Assembly (NCBI GenBank): GCA_038230375.1
Contig: JBBRNJ010000001.1
Span: 32,001-96,000, forward strand
Direction of reading: 5' to 3'
DNA from: Polyangiales bacterium
GTDB lineage: Bacteria > Myxococcota_A > Polyangia > Polyangiales > Polyangiaceae
DNA length: 64,000 nucleotides
Part shown: one piece after another, positions 37,678-46,993 of the stretch
Position numbering within the stretch: position 1 is the stretch's first letter
Layout: the number at the start of each line of letters is the position of its first letter
The notes under the pieces: generated by a model
Database searches by the model: none
Told to the model about the DNA's origin: nothing
What the model saw: only the letters and a program-made list of their open reading frames with translations
Translations under genes and position numbers: made by a program

Positions 37678-40600
37678 TCAGCCCCCGAACGAGAGGAGCC
37701 GCAGCAGCTCGTCGCTCGAGAGCTCTTTTGGTGCGCTTTTTCCGCTCAAGATCGCGTCGGCCAGGCTCCGCTTCTCGGCGTGCATCTTGAGAACGGCCTC
37801 CTCGATCGTGCCCTTCGTGATGAGGCGCACCACCGTGACCGGCTCGGTCTGGCCCATGCGGTGAGCGCGCGACGTCGCCTGCTCCTCGGCGGCGGGATTC
37901 CACCAGGGGTCCACGTGAATGACGTGGCTCGCGCGCGTGAGGTTCAAGCCCACACCACCGGCCATCAGTGATGCGCACAGCGCAGCGTGCGACCCGCTCT
38001 GGAACCTGTCGACGATATCCTGACGCGCGTCTTGCCGCGTCTCGCCAGTCAGCACGAGCGGCTCGATGCCAGCCTCGCGAAGCGCGCGCGCGATGAGCTT
38101 CACCAGCTCCGCGAACTGGCTGTACACGAGCACGTGCGCGCCCTCGTCCTTGATCTGGGAGACCAGCTCGACGACGCGCGTGACCTTCGTGGTTGCGCCG
38201 TCGTACGAACCGTCCACCAGGCGCGGATCGCACGCCAGCTGACGGAGGCGCGTGAGCGCGGCGAAGAGCGCGATGCGAAGCTCCGCGTCCTTGGGTTGGC
38301 CCCGCTCCTTGTGCTTCTTGCCGAACGAGAGCAGCGCCGCCTCGCGTAGTGCGCGGTACCGCTTCCCCTCCTCTTCCGAGAAGGACAGCGTCTCCACGAT
38401 CTCCTCGCGCGGCGGGAGCTCCGCGAGCACCGACGCGCGCGTACGCCGCAGCAGGAACGGAGAGAGCAACCGGCCCAGCGCCAGGAGCCGTTCCTTGTCC
38501 CCCTCGACCTCGATCGGGCGGCGAAAGCGCTCGCGGAACATCTGCTCACTGCCGAACACGCCGGGGAGCGTGACATCCACCAGGCTGTACAGCTCGCCCA
38601 GGTGATTCTCCAGCGGGGTGCCGGTGAGCGCGATCGTGAAGTCGCGCGTGAGCGCACGCACGGCGGCGGTACGCGCCGCGGACACGTTCTTCACGTAATG
38701 CGCCTCGTCCAGGACCACGGTGGCGAAGTGCGTCTTCTCCAGCTCCTTGCGACGCCGCGCCAGCAGGCCGTACGACGTGACCCAGACGTCGGCCGGCGGG
38801 TCCTTCGGCGAGGGCTCCGCGCCCGTGTCCTCGTACATGGAGCGCACGCGGAGGCTTGGCGAGAAGCGCGCAAGCTCACGCTCCCAGTTCGACACGACGG
38901 ACGCGGGCGCAACCACGAGCGCAGGGCCAAGCGAGCGCCGCGCCTGCAAAACAGATGCAGTCTGCACGGTTTTTCCAAGACCCATGTCGTCGGCGAGGAT
39001 GCCGCCGCTGGCCCACGACGCCAGGCGAAGCAAGAACTCCACGCCCTCTTCCTGGTAGCGGCGCAGCGTGCCCTGCTCCAGGGCCGGCGCTTCCTTGATC
39101 TTGGTGGCGTTCTCCTTGTGGCGTGTGACGATCTCCGCAACGTCCACGCCCTTGCGATCAGCGAACGTCTGGCCCGCCGCAGCGACCACTACCGCGAGCG
39201 CCTGATGCACGCGCGCGCTTGCCTCTTCTTCTCCGGAGGGGACCGCGACCGACGCAAGCGGAAGCAGCTTCCTCCGGACCTCCTCCGTGAGCTCCAGGAA
39301 GCCCGCCTCACCCGCGCGCACGTAGCGCTTGGCCTTGCGCAGCGCCTCGAGCACTTCGCCGAGCGACACCTTCGCGTCGCCGAGCTCGATCTCGCCCGAC
39401 ACGAAGAGATACGCCCCCGCGCGACGCACGGAGAACGTGCTCTTGGCGGAGTCGAACGGGATCGCGTTCGGTGCGCGGCCCGCGCGAACCTCGATGCGAA
39501 GACGCGGCGCGGCCTGGTGGTCGCGAAGGCCCGCGTCGTCGGAGCGGACCAGATCGCCGGCATCCTCTGCCGCGCGCTGATTCTTCGTGATGAGCTCGGC
39601 CAGGGCGAGCGCCTCCTCGACCGACTGCGTGCCCGCGACGTTGTCGTGCCATTCGAGGCTGAGCGGTAGGGCTGCGCGCGCGGCGTCGACGACGGCTGTC
39701 TCCTTCGAAAGATCGCGCTCGACGAATGCGCGCTCGCCCGTGTCGACCATGAACGAGAAGAGCTCCGGTCCGCGGCCCGGGGTGAGCAGCGGCGCGAATG
39801 GATGCGCGGAGTACATGGCGCGGACGAGCGCGGAGCCGTCGGGGCGCCACTCCACGCGAAGGCCAATCGCCGGGTCGGGATGGAGCTCGGAGCCGAGCGC
39901 GGCACGCGGGAACTGGGCAAGCCCGGCGTTCATGAGCGCGCCCGTCTGCGCGAGCACCTCCGTCACGGCCTCCTTCGGGAAGATCAGCGGGCGGTCTGCC
40001 AGGAATGCGCGGACCCACGGCCGCAGCGGGCGCGGGATGGCGTAGCTGCGTACCACCAGCGTGTCGTTCTCGTCCTCGCGCTCGTCAATGCTTGCGACGA
40101 AGCCCTCGCGCTTGTCCACGCAGAGCTCGAGCTCCTCGCGCCCGAGCGCCTCGCCGCCTGCGCAGAGCTCTGCTTGCACGCCGCCGTCGCCAACGGTCAC
40201 GAAGCGCAGTGTCACCTCGCCGATCAGGATCTTCACGGCAGCAGCCGGTGCCTCGGGGTCCTTCTTGGCGACCCGACGCGTGACGCGCGCGTGCCCTTCG
40301 AGCAGCCTCAGCAGCTCGTGGCCGTGGACCGTGGCGGGGTCGACCTCGACCTCCTTCTCTTCCACCTCGGACAGCGCAGTGCGCGCGATCTGGCGCTCCA
40401 GCTCCGTGGCCATGGGCGCGTCCAGCACCTCGGCGAAGGTGGCGCGACGTGCGCGCTCCCCTTTCTTCTTCTGCTCGATCGCGGAGACGCCGAGCGACAC
40501 CTTCGTCTTGCTCCATGTGTCGAGCGAGAACGCGAACACGGGCGCGGCGTCGTCCGCCGTGACGACCTCTGCATCCTTCCCACGCGAGAGCGACTTGAGG

Positions 40601-41496
40601 ACGCGGGCCCATTCGGGCTCGCCGAGCTGCGCGGCCAGCTGCTGGGTCGCCGGATCCCGGCGCTCGTGCAGAGTGATGAGGAGCGCGCGCAACGCGAACG
40701 CCGTCCACGCGCAGTCGGCCATACCCCACGGCTGACGCGACACCTTGGGTACGCCAATGGTCAGGCGGCCCACCGCGATCGAGAGCGGCGTCACGCGCGG
40801 CATGGTGCGCTCGCGGAGCACCAGCGTGTCCCGCAGTGTATCCAGGCGGAGATCGAAGCCAGCATGACGCGCGTCCAGCGGCCCGGGCAGTGCGTCCGTC
40901 AGCGTGATGCGATCGCGCCGCTCCAGGTAGTCCTTCGCGAGCGCCGCGTAGAGCGAGCCGTATGCCGTGTCGTCGTACGCGAGCGGCGGCGGCTCCCACG
41001 TGCGCAGCGCCTCCATGACCTCTGACACCTTCGGCCCGGCGGCACGCAACGCAGCCGACACCTCCGGCGCGCGCCGGACGATGACCTCGAGGGAGTGCCA
41101 CTCCACGTCGGGGATCGGCACGGGTCGCTCCGCGTAGAGCGCCACCCGCGACATGGTGCTCGCGCCGCCTGCGCGCGGAGAGAACGGCCGCGGGACGTCG
41201 TCCTCGGGGTCCGGACCCAGCGAGAGCGCCACGGCCACGGCGTGCTTGCAACCGCCGAACTGGCCCCACGCGGGACATGTGCAGAATGCATGTACTTGGC
41301 GCGTGCGATCCAGGTGAATTTCCACGTCGTATGGGCTCTGCCCGATCACGCGCGCCGACACGCCGTCGCCCTGTCCCGATGGCACCACGGCACGGACCCG
41401 ACCCTCGCGGACGTAGGTCCGGGCGCGGAGCAGGGTGTCGCGTTGCTGGCCGTCGGCCCATTTGAGCAGCGCGGCCGTCGTGTCGGGTGTTGGCAT
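37678..41496 (-). CDS. SWIM zinc finger / SNF2 (Swi2/Snf2) helicase
   Basis: CTC...CKH SWIM motif; LADDMGLGKT, DEAH, LTGTP, QATSRAHRMGQ. Confidence 0.93.
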   Translation of the reverse strand: MPTPDTTAALLKWADGQQRDTLLRARTYVREGRVRAVVPSGQGDGVSARVIGQSPYDVEIHLDRTRQVHAFCTCPAWGQFGGCKHAVAVALSLGPDPEDDVPRPFSPRAGGASTMSRVALYAERPVPIPDVEWHSLEVIVRRAPEVSAALRAAGPKVSEVMEALRTWEPPPLAYDDTAYGSLYAALAKDYLERRDRITLTDALPGPLDARHAGFDLRLDTLRDTLVLRERTMPRVTPLSIAVGRLTIGVPKVSRQPWGMADCAWTAFALRALLITLHERRDPATQQLAAQLGEPEWARVLKSLSRGKDAEVVTADDAAPVFAFSLDTWSKTKVSLGVSAIEQKKKGERARRATFAEVLDAPMATELERQIARTALSEVEEKEVEVDPATVHGHELLRLLEGHARVTRRVAKKDPEAPAAAVKILIGEVTLRFVTVGDGGVQAELCAGGEALGREELELCVDKREGFVASIDEREDENDTLVVRSYAIPRPLRPWVRAFLADRPLIFPKEAVTEVLAQTGALMNAGLAQFPRAALGSELHPDPAIGLRVEWRPDGSALVRAMYSAHPFAPLLTPGRGPELFSFMVDTGERAFVERDLSKETAVVDAARAALPLSLEWHDNVAGTQSVEEALALAELITKNQRAAEDAGDLVRSDDAGLRDHQAAPRLRIEVRAGRAPNAIPFDSAKSTFSVRRAGAYLFVSGEIELGDAKVSLGEVLEALRKAKRYVRAGEAGFLELTEEVRRKLLPLASVAVPSGEEEASARVHQALAVVVAAAGQTFADRKGVDVAEIVTRHKENATKIKEAPALEQGTLRRYQEEGVEFLLRLASWASGGILADDMGLGKTVQTASVLQARRSLGPALVVAPASVVSNWERELARFSPSLRVRSMYEDTGAEPSPKDPPADVWVTSYGLLARRRKELEKTHFATVVLDEAHYVKNVSAARTAAVRALTRDFTIALTGTPLENHLGELYSLVDVTLPGVFGSEQMFRERFRRPIEVEGDKERLLALGRLLSPFLLRRTRASVLAELPPREEIVETLSFSEEEGKRYRALREAALLSFGKKHKERGQPKDAELRIALFAALTRLRQLACDPRLVDGSYDGATTKVTRVVELVSQIKDEGAHVLVYSQFAELVKLIARALREAGIEPLVLTGETRQDARQDIVDRFQSGSHAALCASLMAGGVGLNLTRASHVIHVDPWWNPAAEEQATSRAHRMGQTEPVTVVRLITKGTIEEAVLKMHAEKRSLADAILSGKSAPKELSSDELLRLLSFGG

Positions 41497-41594
41497 TGAA
41501 GACAGTGACAAGGCGGGGACACTAGCACCACCAGCGCAGAACCATTGCAACCTGCGCTTGCCACGATGCGCGCATGCACCTATACGCAGTGCCG

Positions 41595-42158
41595 ATGGCC
41601 CACGAGAACGTCGTCCAGCTCGCGGCTCTGCGCTCGGTGAACACCAAGCTTGGCGTGCGTGTCGTGATGGGCGTCAGCGTCGCGGCGTTCGCGCTGCTCG
41701 TGTTCGTCATCTACGGGCATGGTCGTGCGGAGGCGGCGCCAGCGTGGGTGGGCTACCTTCCGGCGGTCAACGCCACGCTCAACGCGACCAGCGCGACGTT
41801 CCTGGTGCTCGGCGGCCTGGCGATCCGTCGCCGCGCGCTCGCAGAGCACGCAAGGCACATGCTGCGCGCGCTCGCGTCGTCAGCGCTCTTCCTGGTCTCG
41901 TACCTGGTCTATCACTGGGCCCACGGCGACTCGAAGTTCATGGGCCACGGCGCGATCCGTCCCGTCTACTTCATCATCCTCATCTCGCACGTGCTGCTGT
42001 CCGCGGTGGTGCTGCCGCTCATCTTCACGAGCTTCTTCATGTCGCTCTCGGGCCGCTTCCCCGCGCACAAGAAGGTGTCGCGCTACACGTTCCCGGTGTG
42101 GCTCTACGTCTCGGTGACGGGCGTGCTCGTGTTCCTGCTGCTGCGCACGTACGGCTGA
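41595..42158 (+). CDS. DUF420-family membrane protein
   Basis: LPAVNATLN, SALFLVSYLVYH, YFIILISHVLL, WLYVSVTG. Confidence 0.88.
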   Translation: MAHENVVQLAALRSVNTKLGVRVVMGVSVAAFALLVFVIYGHGRAEAAPAWVGYLPAVNATLNATSATFLVLGGLAIRRRALAEHARHMLRALASSALFLVSYLVYHWAHGDSKFMGHGAIRPVYFIILISHVLLSAVVLPLIFTSFFMSLSGRFPAHKKVSRYTFPVWLYVSVTGVLVFLLLRTYG

Positions 42159-42316
42159 CCTCCGTCATGTCCTGGTCCCCGCGGACCATCCAGACGCACA
42201 AGCTCTGCGCCACCTGCTGGCCACACACACAAAGTTCCTGACTCCAGCACCACCCTCTTAGATGGCGGTCACGGCGAATGTTGACAGGCCCCCTTTACGT
42301 TCCGCGGCCTGCTGAC

Positions 42317-42399
42317 GTACACCACACAGGTGTACATTACTGCAGGAATTCGGGGAAAACAGGGATATTTATCGCGTTTTGTACACCTGATAGGTGAAC
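42317..42399. promoter_or_regulatory. Two 7-5-7 palindromes 64 bp apart in a convergent intergenic region
   Basis: GTACACC-ACACA-GGTGTAC (42317-42335) and GTACACC-TGATA-GGTGAAC (42381-42399). Confidence 0.6.
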
Positions 42400-42441
42400 C
42401 TCAAGAGGCCCGTGCCGGGAGGGGCCACCCCCCCGTGGGCG

Positions 42442-42852
42442 TCAGTCCAGCGCGACTGTCTTTGGTGGTGGCGGGGCTGCGATGTCGTCCAGCGTTCCTA
42501 GCTTGCGATCGGGGCCGGGGCTCAGCACCGTGATCTCTCCGTCTTCCGCGCAGACGATGCGATACGGCTGATCCCACGCGTCCGTCGTCTTCGATGCGCG
42601 ATCGAGGAGCTGGCTCGCGCGCATCGCCTCGATGGTCGGACAGTCCGCTGACGCCACCTGGATGCGATGCCCCGCTGCCAGGCCACGCAGCGCGATGGCA
42701 TTCTGTTGTGTCGTCTTGATCTGCGCGCGCTCCCACGCCGGCAGCACGCCGAATGCGACCGCGCTCGCGATGAGCGCCATGATCCCGATCACCACCAGTA
42801 TCTCCAGGAGCGTGACGCCACGCGCCCGAGCCCGCCTTGCCGCGTTCTTCAT
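42442..42852 (-). CDS. gspG: Type II secretion major pseudopilin GspG-like protein (orphan)
   Basis: Prepilin site G|VTLLEILVV; DAWDQPY and SPGPD...GTLDDI motifs; GGAGG RBS. Confidence 0.85.
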   Translation of the reverse strand: MKNAARRARARGVTLLEILVVIGIMALIASAVAFGVLPAWERAQIKTTQQNAIALRGLAAGHRIQVASADCPTIEAMRASQLLDRASKTTDAWDQPYRIVCAEDGEITVLSPGPDRKLGTLDDIAAPPPPKTVALD

Positions 42853-42875
42853 GAAAACCTCCGCAGGCACCATGA

Positions 42876-42891
42876 AGCGACGAGCGTGCCA
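42876..42891 (-). promoter_or_regulatory. Candidate sigma54 promoter of gspG
   Basis: Minus strand TGGCACGCTCGTCGCT; CGGCA-N5-TGCCG inverted repeat at 42903-42917. Confidence 0.65.
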
Positions 42892-42995
42892 CGCGCAATA
42901 CACGGCAAAATGTGCCGCTTCAGCGACAGCGAGTGACAGCTGGTCTCACGAAAAGACCGCCCGCTGCCAACCTGACAACGGCTTCGGCTTCGGCT

Positions 42996-44069
42996 TCAGA
43001 ACTTTGTGAAGAACTCCGACAGGTCGGTTGCCTTCTGGGCGTCGCGGAGTAGCGGCGCTCCGAAGATCTCTTCCACCGTTCGCAGCGTGGAGCTGTGCGT
43101 GAAGACCGTGCTGCTCGAGAAGCCCGGCTTGGCCAGCGGCGAAAGCACGATCATGCCGATGGGGCCATCGCTGGAGGTTCCGCCGAATGAGCTGTCGCCC
43201 TCGTCCCAGATGATGAAGAGCGCGCCGTCGTTCTTGTATGCTGCGGAGCCCATGATCGCGGGGACGGCCGTGGAGAGCCACGTGTCGCCGAGCTTGACGT
43301 TGTCCGCTGCCACGTTGCACTTGCCGGAGATCTGCCCGTGCATGTCGTCGCACAGGTCGGGCGTGATGAAGTTGTACTGCGCAGTCTTGCCCGCGAGATC
43401 CGTGGCGAGCTCCGTGTACGGACGAATGTGATCAAGACACGTCTGCGACGTCTTGTTGTTCGTCCCCGTGACGTCATCGAAGAAGAGCATCGGCGTGTGC
43501 TTGGGCGAGAACGCCAGCGCGGTCGACGAGTCCACGAGCGGGCACGTCTTGCCGTCAATGCCCTCCGCGTACGCCTTCCACGTGATGCCCGCGGTATCGA
43601 GCTGCGCCGTCAGGTGGTCCTTCGTGGCCTGGTGGTTTGCGGACGGCGGGTTGTCGTCCGTGATGCCCAGGTTGTCGCCGGACTCGAGCCAGATGTAGTT
43701 CGGCTCGCTGGGGTGATTGCCCTTCGGTGTGGAGTAGGCCTCCGCATGGCCGCCCATCGGGATCAGCGTCTTGATGTACGTCGCCGTGTTGACGCTCGCC
43801 CAGCTGTGGTTCTCCATCATGATGATGAAGACGGTCTTGATCGCGCGGGTGCCGCTCAGGCCGCTGTCATTGCCGCCGCCACCGCCCTCGGTGTTGCCAC
43901 CACCACCACCACCGTCCGTGTCACCGCCGCCGCCGCCGCCGCCATCCGTATTGCCGCCGCCGCCTCCGTCCGTGTCACCGCCGCCGCCGCCGACGTCCGT
44001 GCCGCTACTGCCACACGCGTAGAGGAGACCAAGCGCTGCGAACGCGACAATAAGGAGTGGCTTCTTCAT
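42996..44069 (-). CDS. Phosphoesterase (acid phosphatase/PLC family) lipoprotein
   Basis: LYAC lipobox; Gly-rich linker; IIMMENHS, HPSEPNY, DMH, WDE, HSSTLRT. Confidence 0.88.
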   Translation of the reverse strand: MKKPLLIVAFAALGLLYACGSSGTDVGGGGGDTDGGGGGNTDGGGGGGGDTDGGGGGGNTEGGGGGNDSGLSGTRAIKTVFIIMMENHSWASVNTATYIKTLIPMGGHAEAYSTPKGNHPSEPNYIWLESGDNLGITDDNPPSANHQATKDHLTAQLDTAGITWKAYAEGIDGKTCPLVDSSTALAFSPKHTPMLFFDDVTGTNNKTSQTCLDHIRPYTELATDLAGKTAQYNFITPDLCDDMHGQISGKCNVAADNVKLGDTWLSTAVPAIMGSAAYKNDGALFIIWDEGDSSFGGTSSDGPIGMIVLSPLAKPGFSSSTVFTHSSTLRTVEEIFGAPLLRDAQKATDLSEFFTKF

Positions 44070-44190
44070 GCGCGGAAGCCAAGCGCTTCGACGGGGGTGG
44101 GGCACGTCTCGCGTGCCTCTCGACGGACGATATCTGTAGCTATGTGCCATATCGGGACAAAACGGGCCGCAAAAACGGTACGCTTGGAGG

Positions 44191-45021
44191 GTGAAGGTTC
44201 GGTGGGTCCTATCGGCTGCATCCAGCGGACTGGACTGGCCGGCTCCGATGACGGCGGCGTGTCCGCGACCGACGCCAAGGTGAACACGGCTGACGGGGCC
44301 AACACCGACGCAAGCAACACTCCGATCGACACCGGCGCCGACGTTCCGAGTGGGCCGTGTGTGGCGTCGACCACCATCACCGCCGCGTTCACGACGGACC
44401 TGGGGATGTGGAGCCCCTTCTCCACCGCAGCGGCGTACCCGAACGTGGAGTCGTTCTACGGCGACATGGCGCTCACGCTCTATCCGTTCCGCGACACGAC
44501 GCTCGTCGACGCAGGCTACGACGCCGACCTTGTCCCCAAGCAGACTCCGTTCACCAACTCTCACTCTGGTGTCTGGCTCAAGTCGCCGCTGCCGCTCACG
44601 TCGTTCGACGTGAGCTTCGATGCGCAGATCCACTGCACAACCGGGAGCTCGTGTGCCGACGGGCTCATCTTCGCGTGGCTCGACTCGGTGGACCCGAAAG
44701 TTCTCACCAACACCAATCTCGGCAGCGGCGCGGGCATGCCGGACCTTGTCGGTGGTGCGGGCATCAACCTGGACAGTGAGCACCTACGCGTGGCAGAAGG
44801 CCATCGAGCCGCTCACGTTCGCGAACGCGTGGCACACGATCACGATCTCGCAGCGCAACGGAAACGTCACGCTGTCATACGACGGTGTGAAGCAGCTGAC
44901 GGCGATTGTGACACTGGTGACCACGGGGCTCGTCGGTTTCACCGCGGGCGTCGGGGGCGAGTCGGACGCCGTGGGGGTCAGGAACTTCAGCGGGACGTTT
45001 TATGACTGCCTGGCCAAGTAG
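44191..45021 (+). pseudogene. Frameshifted legume-lectin/ConA-like domain protein
   Basis: CADGLIFAW...GINLD in one frame; WHTITI...GLVGFTAGVGGESDAVGVRNF in another; frame change near 44775. Confidence 0.7.
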
Positions 45022-45064
45022 GGCTCGGCCTCGCTCGTGTTTTAACGAATTGTTTCGGATGTTT

Positions 45065-45082
45065 GACAGACTTTAGTTTGTC
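45065..45082. promoter_or_regulatory. Inverted repeat overlapping a TTGACA box, candidate operator
   Basis: GACAGACT-TT-AGTTTGTC (7 of 8 pairs match); TTGACA at 45063-45068. Confidence 0.45.
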
Positions 45083-45177
45083 CACCCGATAGTTTTCACA
45101 TGGTCGCGCTTGCGTTTCCGACATCTCGGGTCATGTAGACGAACCTCCTACATCTGGAGGCCGCCCTGGAGGCTCTC

Positions 45178-46014
45178 ATGATCCGCTCTTCCCGCTCCTC
45201 CCGCTCTCCCCTCGCTTCCCTGCTTGCTCTCGCGTGTGTCGCCGCCGTTGCCGGTTGTGCTGCCGAGACCGATGGCACCGACAGCGCCGAGCAGGACCAG
45301 ACGGGATCGCTCGTGAAGGTGGGCACGTACAAACTCTCTGGCTCTGCGCAGGCGTGGACCATCAAGGACCTCGTGCTGAAGAGCGACGGTTCGTACACCG
45401 TCGTGATGCATCCGGGTCGCGCGTTTCCGATCGACGACGTGACGACGACCACTGGCAAGTGGACCGCGTCTGGCGACACGCTCACGATCAAGTTCGCGAA
45501 GGGCAACGTCTTCGAGAAGTGGGCCGTCACCAAGAGCGGCTCGAAGCTCCACTTCTCCGACAAGGTGGAGAGCTCCGAGTTCGACATGACGTACACCGGC
45601 GGCGACCAGGTCGATCCGGTCGAGCCCGTGCAGGGCAAGGACCCCGGCCTTCCCACGCCCGTTCCCGGTGGCGCCGACGTCCGCTGCCACTCCCTCTACG
45701 GCGACGTCTTCGCGAACCTCTCCGTCGCGCACTCGGGCGCCGGCACGATGAAGCTGTCGTCCGCGAAGACCCTCGCGCTCGGAAAGACCGAGACGGTCAC
45801 GCTGAAGAAGAACCCCGACTCCGCGGGCTCGTCCGGCTGGCTCAGCGTCACCGGCAACGGCAACACGGCAGACGGCAAGCGCTACGTGTGGCAGCTGCCG
45901 ACGAGCTTCCTCTCGTCCGGTGGAAAGGACAAGAGCATCTCGATGATCGTCGGCAGCCAGGACCAGGACAACGCGCTCGAGGTCTCCTACGGAATGGTCT
46001 GCACGCGGTACTAG
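45178..46014 (+). CDS. Hypothetical two-domain lipoprotein
   Basis: VAGC lipobox; lipocalin-like LKSDGSY...GKW segment; GGAGG RBS. Confidence 0.78.
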   Translation: MIRSSRSSRSPLASLLALACVAAVAGCAAETDGTDSAEQDQTGSLVKVGTYKLSGSAQAWTIKDLVLKSDGSYTVVMHPGRAFPIDDVTTTTGKWTASGDTLTIKFAKGNVFEKWAVTKSGSKLHFSDKVESSEFDMTYTGGDQVDPVEPVQGKDPGLPTPVPGGADVRCHSLYGDVFANLSVAHSGAGTMKLSSAKTLALGKTETVTLKKNPDSAGSSGWLSVTGNGNTADGKRYVWQLPTSFLSSGGKDKSISMIVGSQDQDNALEVSYGMVCTRY

Positions 46015-46023
46015 CTGCGTGAG

Positions 46024-46890
46024 CTACCTGGCGAGGAGACCGCGAAGAACGGTCTCCAGGTCCGTCGCACCGCGCACGCTGCGATGCGTTCCCTCGAACG
46101 CGACGTGCCCTTTTTCCACGCCGATCGTCATCTCGCGATAGAGCTCCGCAACGCCGGCGGGGAAGCCGAAGCTCGTGAGCGTGGGCACCATCGCGTCGAT
46201 GCCGGCGTTGTGCGCCTTGATCGGCTTGCCGGTGATCTTCGTGAGCGCGGCGGCAGCGTCATCCATCGCGTACTTCTTCGGACCGCCGAGCTCGATGACC
46301 GTGGTCTGCTTTGCGCCCTCGCGCAGCGCCGTGGCAGCGAGCGTGCCGATGTCCTTCGTTGCGACCATCTCGAACGCCTGATCGGTGCGCTGGAACGTGG
46401 GCAGGATCCCCTGCTCGAGCGCGCCCAGCGAGCCGCCGAGGTTCTCCATGAAGTAGGCGGCGCGGATGAACGTGGACACGGTGCCCGGCAGCGCGCGCAG
46501 CGCAGCCTCGATGGGGTTCAGCGCCGCGATCGGCCCGGTGCCATCCTTGTGCTGCGCACCCACGGACGAGAGAAGCACCACGTGCGGGATCTTGCTATGC
46601 GCGACCGCCTTCACGATCGCTTCGCCCGTGGCCTTCTGGTACGCGCGGAAATCCGGCGCGCCCAGGTTCGGCGGCACGAGCAGGTAGACGCCCTTTGCGC
46701 CCACGAGCGCCTTCGCGAGATCGTCCGCGTTGCCGAGATCCGCGATCGCTACCTCCGCGCCCTTCGCCTTCCACGGCTCGCCCTTCGCCGCGTCACGCAC
46801 GATCACGCGGACCTTCTGACCTGCTGCAAGAAGAGTCTCCGCCGCGACCTGACCCGTGTGCCCGCTGACTCCTGCAATGACGTAATCCAT
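46024..46890 (-). CDS. NmrA-family NAD(P)-binding protein
   Basis: IAGVSGHTG, VLLSSVGA, IRAAYFMEN, VATKDIG. Confidence 0.9.
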   Translation of the reverse strand: MDYVIAGVSGHTGQVAAETLLAAGQKVRVIVRDAAKGEPWKAKGAEVAIADLGNADDLAKALVGAKGVYLLVPPNLGAPDFRAYQKATGEAIVKAVAHSKIPHVVLLSSVGAQHKDGTGPIAALNPIEAALRALPGTVSTFIRAAYFMENLGGSLGALEQGILPTFQRTDQAFEMVATKDIGTLAATALREGAKQTTVIELGGPKKYAMDDAAAALTKITGKPIKAHNAGIDAMVPTLTSFGFPAGVAELYREMTIGVEKGHVAFEGTHRSVRGATDLETVLRGLLAR

Positions 46891-46993
46891 GGCGTTCTCC
46901 CTTGTGGTGGCGGCGCCGCTGATGGCCCCGCCGACCACGAAGAACATAGGTCCGGCCCTCTCATCTGCCCAATGCATGATAAGTATCAGCATC

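Noticed and set aside
43865..44010. GCC/ACC-rich tandem repeats as a DNA element
   Set aside because: They encode the Gly-rich linker (DGGGGG) of the phosphoesterase lipoprotein
44101..44117. GGCACG-N5-CGTGCC as a sigma54 promoter
   Set aside because: GG-to-GC spacing is 12 rather than 10; only a short GC-rich palindrome
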